A stretch of 64,000 nt of DNA from Candidatus Kapaibacterium sp. (GTDB lineage Bacteria; Bacteroidota; Ignavibacteria; Kapaibacteriales; UBA2268), in contig OY761611.1 of the NCBI GenBank assembly GCA_963664875.1, positions 832,001 through 896,000 of the forward strand, in the 5' to 3' direction. This document shows positions 9,669-18,180 of the stretch, in pieces. Position 1 is the first letter of the stretch. Each line of letters opens with the position of its first letter. The notes under the pieces were generated by a model. It did not search any database and was not told the origin of the DNA. It was given only the letters and a program-made list of their open reading frames with translations. The position numbers and the translations under genes were made by a program.

Positions 9669-11434
9669 AGCCACTTATCATCTTTTTTGTTTTCAACTTT
9701 TTCTTCATCTTCTGTGAGTTTCATGAGGTTTTCTACAAGTTCTTCGCCTCTTGCAGTACTTTCTCCCAGTAACTTAGCAATGTTTTGTGCCATTGTTACC
9801 TGATGGTCAAACAATTCCTGAGCCTGCATGATAGTTTTGCGTTTCATGGAACTCAATTTTACTTTATCAGCCAGACTGTTGGTAATATTTACAAAGATAC
9901 CAACATATTGCTTTTCTTCTTTCAATTTATAGATAATCTGGTGGCAAGTGATACCATATCTTTCGTGTTTTACTGTTAGCTCCATTTTGTCAGTATCCCC
10001 TGAAGCTACTTTTTGGAAAGGCTCCGGATCCATAAGGTATGAAATGTGTTTACCATTTACAGAATGAGTTGCCTGGAAAAACTTTCTGAATGCATTATTG
10101 GTATGGATAATATTCAATCGCAAATCAAGTATCACAATACCGTTTGGTGATGTTTCAATAATCCTATCTGTCCTTTGTTCAGCAATTTTTCTGACATAAG
10201 GAAGACACATATTGAGTTCTGCCATGCCCATTAGCACAGCAATTGCTTTTTCACGGCAAGTGTCATAGCCGCAGGATCCACAATTCAGATGATCTTCTTC
10301 TTTAGTTTTTCCCGTTTTTTCGAGAACTGAATTTATTTCATCTTCACTAAAGTTTGGTACGCAAACAGGTCTTTCTTCTGTGTAAGAAGAACAAAGCTGA
10401 AGGCTATCGTACAAATCTTCCGCATTAGTTACAGAATCATAAGTAATTCTGTTCTTTGCGTAATTTAGAATTCTTCTTTTCCTCTCAAAGATGTTTTCTT
10501 TCAATTCCACACCGGGACCATTGATGCACCCCTGAGAACAAAAAAGAGGCTCTATAACTAAAGTACCTGCAGTTTGCTTTGCCAATGCCAGCGACTCTTC
10601 TATTTCATCAAATCCTGATACAGAAAATATATCTGCAGAGAGTAAATCTGTATCCATTTCACCTGTGCGACTGCTACCTCCCATCAATGGAAAAAGCCTC
10701 GAATCACCAAGAGGCAGCTCGTCAAACTCACTTTCTTCGAATGTTTTTAAATCTATTTTTTCCTCAGCAAACCAATCATTCAACTCATCGAAAGTAAGTA
10801 CAACATCTATAAGGTTATCGTATTCATTTCTTTGAGCTTCAGCCTTTTTGGCAACACATGGACCTACAAAAACTATTTTGACATCATCTCCAAGTTTTGC
10901 TTTTAGGTGTTTAGCATGAGCAGCCATAGGAGAAATCACAGGAACAATATTATCAACCAAATTTGGCTGGTATTTTTCAATATAAGACACAACAGCAGGA
11001 CATGCCGAGCCTATATGAGCTTTGCCTTTGTTTGATTCTATATATTCTTTAGTTTTTTTTGCGACATAATATGCACCCACTGCTGTCTCAGAAATATGGA
11101 AAAATCTCATTGAACGCAATGCAGCAACTAATCTTTTTCTTTGCCATGTTTGATAGAAAGCGGCGTAAGAAGGAGCAATGGAAATAGCTACTTTGTTGTA
11201 ATCTGACAGAAATTTTTTGACTTTATCGGCATCTTTCCGATAAGTTTTAGCTTTCTGAGGGCACTCTCTGATGCAAGTCCCACAGGATATGCACATATCA
11301 TTATCAACATAAGCCTGCCCGTCGTACATTCTTATTGCTTTTACAGGGCAATGCCTTATACATCTGTAACAATCATGGCATTTGGCTTCGTTGGTGAAGA
11401 CAATCTGCCCCTGGACGCGTGGTACAAACTCCAT
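9644..11434 (-). CDS. hydS: Group C (sensory, HydS-type) [FeFe]-hydrogenase with 2x[4Fe-4S], H-domain, FeS and PAS domains
   Basis: CHDCYRCIRHCP and CISCGTCIRECP ferredoxin motifs; H-cluster motifs GSACP, GPCVAKKAE, FCSQGCING; NCGSCGYDTC..C FeS domain; PAS region IIETSPNGIVILD. Confidence 0.85.
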   Translation of the reverse strand: MEFVPRVQGQIVFTNEAKCHDCYRCIRHCPVKAIRMYDGQAYVDNDMCISCGTCIRECPQKAKTYRKDADKVKKFLSDYNKVAISIAPSYAAFYQTWQRKRLVAALRSMRFFHISETAVGAYYVAKKTKEYIESNKGKAHIGSACPAVVSYIEKYQPNLVDNIVPVISPMAAHAKHLKAKLGDDVKIVFVGPCVAKKAEAQRNEYDNLIDVVLTFDELNDWFAEEKIDLKTFEESEFDELPLGDSRLFPLMGGSSRTGEMDTDLLSADIFSVSGFDEIEESLALAKQTAGTLVIEPLFCSQGCINGPGVELKENIFERKRRILNYAKNRITYDSVTNAEDLYDSLQLCSSYTEERPVCVPNFSEDEINSVLEKTGKTKEEDHLNCGSCGYDTCREKAIAVLMGMAELNMCLPYVRKIAEQRTDRIIETSPNGIVILDLRLNIIHTNNAFRKFFQATHSVNGKHISYLMDPEPFQKVASGDTDKMELTVKHERYGITCHQIIYKLKEEKQYVGIFVNITNSLADKVKLSSMKRKTIMQAQELFDHQVTMAQNIAKLLGESTARGEELVENLMKLTEDEEKVENKKDDKWLWDTYISK

Positions 11435-11560
11435 TTCGTAGCCTTAGTATGTATATTGTATAATCAAACAATGTAATGTAAACAGAAGGTAGTAAACAAG
11501 CAAGGTATTTGGAGTTAACTCTTTTAAAGTTAGGTTGGATTTTATATATGAAATTTTGAT

Positions 11561-11600
11561 AAAAAACAAGAGGCTACCTGAAACAAGCAACCTCTTTTGT
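11561..11600 (-). terminator. Terminator after the AlgE-like porin
   Basis: Minus strand AAGAGGTTGCTT-gtttc-AGGTAGCCTCTT (with G:U pairs) then GTTTTTT. Confidence 0.7.
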
Positions 11601-11624
11601 TTATATATATATGAGGAGAAGAAA

Positions 11625-12932
11625 TTACAATTTGACAACTGTACGGAAATACATCATTGCACCAAGATCTTCACGATATTTCACTTCTGTTCCTTCAGTA
11701 TAGGCATAAATGTCTTTCATGTATTCGCCTTGCATAAAGAAACCACTTCCCCATTCGAAGAATACACCTTTTGTTACATTGTATTTGATATTCAAGTCGA
11801 TTTCCTGACCATAATCAGATTTATCGCTTACTGTTTTAGCATTAGTTGTAAACATGTGAGCGGCAACTGTAAATACCCAATCAGATTTAGCTCCACCGTA
11901 AGCCAGTGCTAAATAGAAATCATTAACTCCGGCATTTTTATAAGGTGCCATAGATACGAAATAATCCATGTTACCCATAAATTTGTGTTTAGCCGCTAAT
12001 TTGTTGCTGTAAGTATTGTATTTTTCTGTTTCGTCATAAGCAGTACCGGAAAGCATATCTAAACCTACGGACAGCTTAAGAGGATTGAAGTTATAAGATA
12101 CGTCAACTGCAGCTGTATAAGCAGCAATGTCTTTACCACCGTTATCCCCAAACTGGTAAGCACCTTCGATTGTAGTACCTAAATCACCATACTTGCCAAA
12201 ATAACTCATAGCTAAAGTAAATCTTTCTAAGGCATCTTGAGTTTCACCATCAACTACTATGTCTTTTGCATCATTTTCCGCAAAAATTGTAAAATCGAGG
12301 TCTGACTTATCAGTAAGATTGATACGTGAATAGATACCTGTAATGCAAAGTGCGTCAAAATCTGAGGCTTCATCAACCGGCCAATTACTTGGAACAGCTG
12401 CTACTTGCTGACCTGTGATTGCACCGATTTTTCTTTCATTCAATCGGAATAAATCGATCATCCATTTTTCTTGTTTTAAACCAAACCTAACACCGTCAAA
12501 TGATCTTTCAGTATAGCTCCAAAATGAGTTGGAAATAAACCTACCGGTGCCATAATTCATTTGAAAACGACCAACCTGAGCACTTAGAGGTACGTTAAAA
12601 ATATTATCAAATTTGACATACCCTTGTATCATCTCCAAGCTGCTGTTATCGCTTGTCAAGCTTGGCTCCTGTCCCCAAATGCGCGAATCCTGCATTTCCA
12701 TATTAAAGCCCACATACTTATTCAGCCATTTTTCAACACCTACTCGTGTTTTCATGCTTGAATATGTCTGCATATAAGTAGAGTTGTCAAAATCACGACC
12801 ATCTACATAAGGAATAATTTGTGACATACCGGAAATTTTCCATCCATCGTACAAATCAGTTTTGATTTCCTTTTGAGAATAAGCAGGAATAGATAACGCC
12901 ACTAATAAAATCATAGCAAGTAGCTTTTTCAT
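11625..12932 (-). CDS. Alginate-export (AlgE) family outer-membrane porin
   Basis: Signal peptide ending AYS-Q; QDSRIWG, VGRFQMNYG, RSFDG, HKFMGNMDYF, GQEIDL motifs; alternating beta-strand pattern. Confidence 0.75.
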   Translation of the reverse strand: MKKLLAMILLVALSIPAYSQKEIKTDLYDGWKISGMSQIIPYVDGRDFDNSTYMQTYSSMKTRVGVEKWLNKYVGFNMEMQDSRIWGQEPSLTSDNSSLEMIQGYVKFDNIFNVPLSAQVGRFQMNYGTGRFISNSFWSYTERSFDGVRFGLKQEKWMIDLFRLNERKIGAITGQQVAAVPSNWPVDEASDFDALCITGIYSRINLTDKSDLDFTIFAENDAKDIVVDGETQDALERFTLAMSYFGKYGDLGTTIEGAYQFGDNGGKDIAAYTAAVDVSYNFNPLKLSVGLDMLSGTAYDETEKYNTYSNKLAAKHKFMGNMDYFVSMAPYKNAGVNDFYLALAYGGAKSDWVFTVAAHMFTTNAKTVSDKSDYGQEIDLNIKYNVTKGVFFEWGSGFFMQGEYMKDIYAYTEGTEVKYREDLGAMMYFRTVVKL

Positions 12933-13078
12933 ATTGTTTTACCCATAATTATACAATACTTCGTAAATACATTTCTACGCAGCAATATTATATTTATTGT
13001 TACTTTTAAATTCAAATAAACATATTCATATTAAAGATTATATGCTTTAATTATTGTATAGGTATTTAGGCAAGGCAT

Positions 13079-13104
13079 AAAAAAAGACTGCCCCAAGGCA
13101 GCCT
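13079..13104 (-). terminator. Terminator after the lipoprotein pair
   Basis: Minus strand AGGCTGCC-ttgg-GGCAGTCT-TTTTTT. Confidence 0.8.
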
Positions 13105-13148
13105 CAATTTATTTCTTATTCTGATTTCTTATTTGTTATTGCAAACAG

Positions 13149-13931
13149 CTATTTTACATTTAGACTAATGCAGTTGTCCTGATAGCCATCAACAGGCAAG
13201 GAAAGAGCACTCAATGTTACTTTTTGAGATGGGAATACATTTTTAAGCAATCCTATCCCTTCTGCATAATAGAAGTTACCAACTAAATCAAAACTTACAG
13301 GAATTGCAGTAGGAATGCCTTCAATCGTAGCATTACCGGATACATTGTATTTAATTTCTATTCTTCTTACGTTGTAGTCTTTATCACTTACTGTCAAAGT
13401 AGATTCCTCTTTCAAAGTACCTGTTATTTTCAAAGTGCCTGTGAGCACAGCTTTGACAGCCTCATAATTGATAGGCAAATTAGTCAAATTAAGAGAATAT
13501 ATCTCCCAAGAATTTTGAGTCAAATCTGCAATTGTTACCCATGACTGAGGTACAGGCAATTCAAATGGTAGAGACACCGGCAAAATATCAGAAACAAGAC
13601 TTTCTAATTTTTTACCGTTTGGAATAAAATGTTTATCTCTATTGTAACCGTCGCCGTCGAATTTGTAAATATAAGCATCTCTTGCTTGTATTGTTTCTTT
13701 ACCTGTTATAGTTACAGAATATTCTATGCGAGAGCTTTGGTCGATTTCGCCTGTAGATTCAGGTATATCAAAGGATTCGTATGTCCAAGTATCACCGACA
13801 GTTGCTGTGAAGAAATTTTCACCGACTGTAGGTGGATTAATCGGATTAGAATCATCATCATCGCTACAAGAGTTGATAAACACCATACCTGCAAAAAGCA
13901 AGATGATAGCAGCTAATTTAGTTTTTAGCAT
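13149..13931 (-). CDS. Predicted surface lipoprotein (paralog 1)
   Basis: Lipobox INS-C followed by SDDDD; VGDTWTY at the N-terminus and YYAEGIGLLK at the C-terminus, both shared with the neighbour. Confidence 0.75.
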   Translation of the reverse strand: MLKTKLAAIILLFAGMVFINSCSDDDDSNPINPPTVGENFFTATVGDTWTYESFDIPESTGEIDQSSRIEYSVTITGKETIQARDAYIYKFDGDGYNRDKHFIPNGKKLESLVSDILPVSLPFELPVPQSWVTIADLTQNSWEIYSLNLTNLPINYEAVKAVLTGTLKITGTLKEESTLTVSDKDYNVRRIEIKYNVSGNATIEGIPTAIPVSFDLVGNFYYAEGIGLLKNVFPSQKVTLSALSLPVDGYQDNCISLNVK

Positions 13932-13939
13932 AAATTCTC

Positions 13940-14701
13940 CTATTTTATATTATATCTTAAAAGTTTTCTTACCATTCCCGGCATTTGCTGTGAGCCTAAC
14001 ATAGGAATTTCGATTTCAAAAGGATTTTGCTTTTGTTGTACCATACCAATTCCTTTTGCAAAGGAAACTTCCTGATTCAAGTCAATGCTAAATGACATGC
14101 CCAACAACTTTAATTTTACATCTACCGACATGTCAATAGAATAGTTTTGGCAAAGTATATTCTGTCCGGCAACTTCGATCATTGAGTCATCTAACCTTGC
14201 TCCGTCAGCTTCTATCTGAACTTCAACTTCGAACTGTTGGCCTCCCATATCAATGGTACGGGTTTCTTTATCAGTCTTGATTATTTTCCAATCCGCGTCA
14301 GCAGAATCCACAACCTGCAACCATTGCTCCTCGAAAAGCTCATCAGTTGGAAATCCATCCATACTAACTGAAGCAAGATAGTTACTAAAAGTAAAAATTT
14401 TAGAGCCATCTACACTATAATACACTTCATTGGTCTCATTGGTTGCAGCGTTCACAGAAATAAATATTTTACCTGTTTTATCTAATTTTGTTATAGTACC
14501 TTTCACGTATGTAGAATCAGTTTCTTCCTCGGTTGAGCCTTCAATTTCATAGACAGTATTATATATCCAATAGCTACCTTCTGTCATTGGGAACAAATCA
14601 CTTGATTTGACTGAAGGATTTGGCGAAACCGGCGAGTCTTTATCATCAGAACAGGCAAATGCAATAAATGCCATGAACAGAAGCAATAGATATTTTTTCA
14701 T
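13940..14701 (-). CDS. Predicted surface lipoprotein (paralog 2)
   Basis: Start MKKYLLL at 14701; lipobox AFA-C-SDDKD; FPMTEGSYWIY and FAKGIGMVQ motifs. Confidence 0.75.
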   Translation of the reverse strand: MKKYLLLLFMAFIAFACSDDKDSPVSPNPSVKSSDLFPMTEGSYWIYNTVYEIEGSTEEETDSTYVKGTITKLDKTGKIFISVNAATNETNEVYYSVDGSKIFTFSNYLASVSMDGFPTDELFEEQWLQVVDSADADWKIIKTDKETRTIDMGGQQFEVEVQIEADGARLDDSMIEVAGQNILCQNYSIDMSVDVKLKLLGMSFSIDLNQEVSFAKGIGMVQQKQNPFEIEIPMLGSQQMPGMVRKLLRYNIK

Positions 14702-14765
14702 TATATTATTCCTAAGAGTAAATTTATACACATTATAAAGTCAATTTAAGATATTTTTAGCTAAT

Positions 14766-14797
14766 AAAAAAGGCTAACCTTTGTCAAGGTTAGCCTT
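14766..14797 (-). terminator. Terminator after the T9SS cytochrome
   Basis: Minus strand AAGGCTAACCTT-gaca-AAGGTTAGCCTT-TTTT. Confidence 0.85.
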
Positions 14798-14823
14798 CAG
14801 TTTATATTCTAATTTGATAAGCT

Positions 14824-16206
14824 CTATTTTGTAAGTAGCATTCTCATCGTTGCTGAATATTCTCCTGCTGTAAGCTTGTAAATATAGGTACCTTGTGGTT
14901 CTGAGCTCAAATCCACAGAAGGGGCGTATTCATTTGCATTCATTTCATTCTCAATAACTGTTCTAATAAGTGCACCCTTCAGATCATATACTTTGAGACT
15001 AACAAAAGCTTTCTTATGAAGTCTAAATTTAATCTGCGTTTGAGATGATAAAGGATTAGGATAGTTTTGATACAAACTAAACATTTGGTTTTCGCGTTCG
15101 ATTACACTATTGGGATCACGGGTAAATCCAAGCTTTTTCATTTCATCAGCAGTTAAAGGTTCTGCATAGAACAAATGTGCATTATTTATTTGATTGCCAA
15201 GATAAGACCATTTAGTCATATCAGTAGCAGCAGTCGGGTCACCATCGTAGTCAACAAAATCAAACTTTAATGTTTTGTCCCAATCCAATGGAAGAGGAAT
15301 GACACCTTTCATATTATCTAATTTGTGAGTTTCTTCATTATAGGTCAACATCTGAATAACACCGGTATCGTTGTATGATTTTATAGCAACATTGGTACCA
15401 CCCATATTGTAATGACAATCGCTACAGGATTTTCCGTCTTCAACAATCAAATGACCTGTCAGAGGTGCTATTATTACATTTGTTTTTCCATTATAAACAT
15501 GAGTCATAAATGAGCCTGAAGTGTATTTACCTCTGCGTTTCACTAACATTTGAAAATCTTTAGTTTGTGTGTTTGCTCTTTTTATGTGTCCATCTATAAC
15601 AGATTCCATGTGACAATTTTGACACTGTACAACAGCTTTGACATGGCAAGCCTGGCATTCAAATTTTCCTGATTTTGCATGCATATTGTGTGCAGAATTC
15701 GAAGGTAAGTTTTCCTCTTTATGGCAATTAGTACATTTGGCTTTAATTGCACCCTCCGCCAACATTGAAGCATGCTGAACACCATCATCACCATGCAATT
15801 CTGAAGGTAGGTGACAACTCCAACATTTCATGCCGTGCTCAGAATGTGGATTCTCATGATCAGGATACATATTTGTCTCAGCCGTTTTTCGACTGTGGCA
15901 TGTAAGGCAAGTAGATTCAGAAATTGAATAGTTGTCAGCTGTATTATGACAATCTCTACAAGAAGGTTTATACGTGGCATTATCAACAACCTCACCGTCA
16001 GGATATTGGGTTGCATGGCAATTCTTGCAAGGCAACTTATCAATTTCTATTCCAATAAGAAGCTCCATCCCACCATTTTCTTTTTTATAAGCAGTGGCTT
16101 TGCCCTCTCTTGTGCTGTGAAGACTAGTGCTAAAATTTGCCTGTGACCAAATAATAATCGGCATGGAAATAATAGCAAGCATAATGAGTAAAAATCGCCA
16201 TTTCAT
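14824..16206 (-). CDS. Octaheme c-type cytochrome with C-terminal T9SS type A sorting domain
   Basis: Sec signal ending WS-Q; 8 CxxCH (CKNCH, CRDCH, CLTCH, CWSCH, CTNCH, CQACH, CQNCH, CSDCH); C-terminal LYQNYPNP..VSLKVYDLKG..GTYIYKL..RMLLTK. Confidence 0.9.
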   Translation of the reverse strand: MKWRFLLIMLAIISMPIIIWSQANFSTSLHSTREGKATAYKKENGGMELLIGIEIDKLPCKNCHATQYPDGEVVDNATYKPSCRDCHNTADNYSISESTCLTCHSRKTAETNMYPDHENPHSEHGMKCWSCHLPSELHGDDGVQHASMLAEGAIKAKCTNCHKEENLPSNSAHNMHAKSGKFECQACHVKAVVQCQNCHMESVIDGHIKRANTQTKDFQMLVKRRGKYTSGSFMTHVYNGKTNVIIAPLTGHLIVEDGKSCSDCHYNMGGTNVAIKSYNDTGVIQMLTYNEETHKLDNMKGVIPLPLDWDKTLKFDFVDYDGDPTAATDMTKWSYLGNQINNAHLFYAEPLTADEMKKLGFTRDPNSVIERENQMFSLYQNYPNPLSSQTQIKFRLHKKAFVSLKVYDLKGALIRTVIENEMNANEYAPSVDLSSEPQGTYIYKLTAGEYSATMRMLLTK

Positions 16207-16255
16207 AACAAGCTCCTATTTTGAAAGATATTTCAATACTAAAATACTTGTTAGC

Positions 16256-16284
16256 AATATAAATGAAATTGGAATGTTTGTCAA
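16256..16284 (-). promoter_or_regulatory. Sigma70-type promoter of the T9SS cytochrome
   Basis: Minus strand TTGACA (16284-16279), 17-nt spacer, TATATT (16261-16256); AGGAG RBS before ATG 16206. Confidence 0.7.
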
Positions 16285-16315
16285 TTATTATTATTATGTA
16301 ACCATTGTGTTGGAA

Positions 16316-17671
16316 CTATAAATTAACTTTGTCGATTTTTTGCATTTTCCCGTAGAAAATATCTTCTCCTTTTAATGATAATTTCCGTGCTATGTGTGAG
16401 TTTTTTATCCCAAAACGCACTAAATCATGTACAATTGACTTTGGATGAGAAAAAGGACAGACTTTCATGCAAAGTCCGCAATCAGTTCCTATATGACGCC
16501 AGTATAACAAGCATTTTTCTGGGTTCATCTGCCATTTTTCTACTCCTCTGATTATGGATTTATCATTTGACGGAATAGCTCCAGAAGGACAATTATTGGC
16601 GCATTTTTTACATAATTCGCAAAACTCCTGCACACCAAACTTAATTGGTTCACTCTGTAATAATGGCAATTCAGTAGTTACAACTCCAAGTCTAATGCGT
16701 GCCCCATATTGAGGTGAAATAAGATATCCCAATCTTCCAAGTTCACCCAAACCGGCATCGTGAGCAATTGCCGGCAAAATTACTTCATAGTTAGAGCCCG
16801 GTATATGTGCTTTTGCATCATATCCCATATTTTTGATAAATAGTTCTAATGCCATAGATATTTTCTGAGTATCCATATACTTTAGAGCGGTTTCTTCGGT
16901 TATGCAAATATTGGGAGCTTCATCTACTTTGAAATAATCCATTTCTACAGAATAAACCAAAGCATAATTATGGGTTAGATTTATCTCTTCTCCCCAAATT
17001 CCTGGTCCTCTGCCTCTGTGAGAATATACCCATCTATGATTGATTAATGTTGTACCTACTTCTGCTGCCCCAAGATGAATTGCTTTCTCTTTAAGGATTG
17101 ATGTGAACTCTTCTATAGTTTTATCAATTTTCTTACTATTTGTTGTTTGTGTTTGTAAGTAGCAGTTATTGTGCTGTATTTGAAAGAGCGAAGCAATATA
17201 TTTCGATTTAACCTCATCGTAATACTTAGTACCTTCCGACAATAACTCTGGTTTACGGCGAATTTTTTCGTCTATATTTAGGTTTTGCGGACGTAATTTG
17301 TAATATTCAACATGCTTAGAAGTACCATTTGCATACTCTTCTCTTGAAAACATACCGTCACGCTCATCAAATCTCTCATTTGATTCAAGAATTTTTAAGA
17401 AACTAGTGTTGCCTAATGGAATAAAATATAAAATTATAACACACAAAACTGCAACAGCTATATAGAAGACAAGGATTTGACTTAGTAAAAAACTAAAGGG
17501 AACAAAAAGCGCAACAAGAATCGCTATTGTCGTAGCAATTTTGAAAGCTCTTACTTTTTTCTCTTTGTTTGCCTTAAATGCAAAAGTAAACAACACAGTA
17601 CTTAAAGTGCTGAAAAACGCGCAGTTTAAGAGTCCTAAAACAGAAATCAAATCACTCTCCAATATCTTCAT
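16316..17671 (-). CDS. Reductive dehalogenase-like (cobamide/2x[4Fe-4S]) protein with N-terminal transmembrane helices
   Basis: About three hydrophobic helices in the first 85 aa, no RR Tat motif; RFDERD, HLGAAEVG, AGLGELGRLG..GARIRL..TTELPL; CELCKKCANNCP and C-x10-CGLCMKVCP. Confidence 0.82.
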   Translation of the reverse strand: MKILESDLISVLGLLNCAFFSTLSTVLFTFAFKANKEKKVRAFKIATTIAILVALFVPFSFLLSQILVFYIAVAVLCVIILYFIPLGNTSFLKILESNERFDERDGMFSREEYANGTSKHVEYYKLRPQNLNIDEKIRRKPELLSEGTKYYDEVKSKYIASLFQIQHNNCYLQTQTTNSKKIDKTIEEFTSILKEKAIHLGAAEVGTTLINHRWVYSHRGRGPGIWGEEINLTHNYALVYSVEMDYFKVDEAPNICITEETALKYMDTQKISMALELFIKNMGYDAKAHIPGSNYEVILPAIAHDAGLGELGRLGYLISPQYGARIRLGVVTTELPLLQSEPIKFGVQEFCELCKKCANNCPSGAIPSNDKSIIRGVEKWQMNPEKCLLYWRHIGTDCGLCMKVCPFSHPKSIVHDLVRFGIKNSHIARKLSLKGEDIFYGKMQKIDKVNL

Positions 17672-18089
17672 TCCAAAGTTCCGGTTTTTCTATCATAAAC
17701 TTTTTCATTAGCTCTTTACTTTCTGTATCATCAAGGACTTCTATTTCAACACCACGTGATTTTAGAAGTTCTTCTTCTCCCATGAAACTAACATTTTCGC
17801 CTATTATTACTTTAGGAATCCCATAAAGCAAAACTGCACCCGAACACATTGGGCATGGTGACAGAGTTGTATATAATACAGATTCTCTATAAACTTTAGC
17901 AGGCAACCTTCCTGCATTTTCTAATGCATCCATCTCACCATGAAGTATAGCACTGCCATTTTGTACACGTCGATTATGTCCGCGCCCAATAATTTCACCG
18001 TTATAAACAAGCACTGAACCGATAGGAATGCCTCCTTCTTCATAGCCTTTTTTTGCCTCTTCTAAAGCTGCCTGATAGAACTTATCCAT
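17652..18089 (-). CDS. Cytosine deaminase (small, yeast FCY1-like nucleoside deaminase family)
   Basis: GGIPIG, HGEMDALE, SPCPMC zinc motifs, C-terminal WNEDIGE; likely start ATG 18089. Confidence 0.9.
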   Translation of the reverse strand: MDKFYQAALEEAKKGYEEGGIPIGSVLVYNGEIIGRGHNRRVQNGSAILHGEMDALENAGRLPAKVYRESVLYTTLSPCPMCSGAVLLYGIPKVIIGENVSFMGEEELLKSRGVEIEVLDDTESKELMKKFMIEKPELWNEDIGE

Positions 18090-18107
18090 AATTGCCACCA
18101 AATAATA

Positions 18108-18153
18108 AAAAACTATCTGAATAATTGAAAATATACGAGTATTCAGATAGTTT
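18108..18153. terminator. Inverted repeat, probable terminator or attenuator between the TonB receptor and the deaminase
   Basis: AAACTATCTGAATA ... TATTCAGATAGTTT, a 14-bp perfect stem; A-run on the left gives a T-tail on the minus strand. Confidence 0.6.
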
Positions 18154-18180
18154 ACAAAATCTTATTTATATCTTATTTTT

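Noticed and set aside
16281-16299. (ATA)n tract resembling a Fur box beside the cytochrome -35 element
   Set aside because: Low-complexity ATT repeat; the partial match to GATAATGATAATCATTATC is expected by chance in this composition
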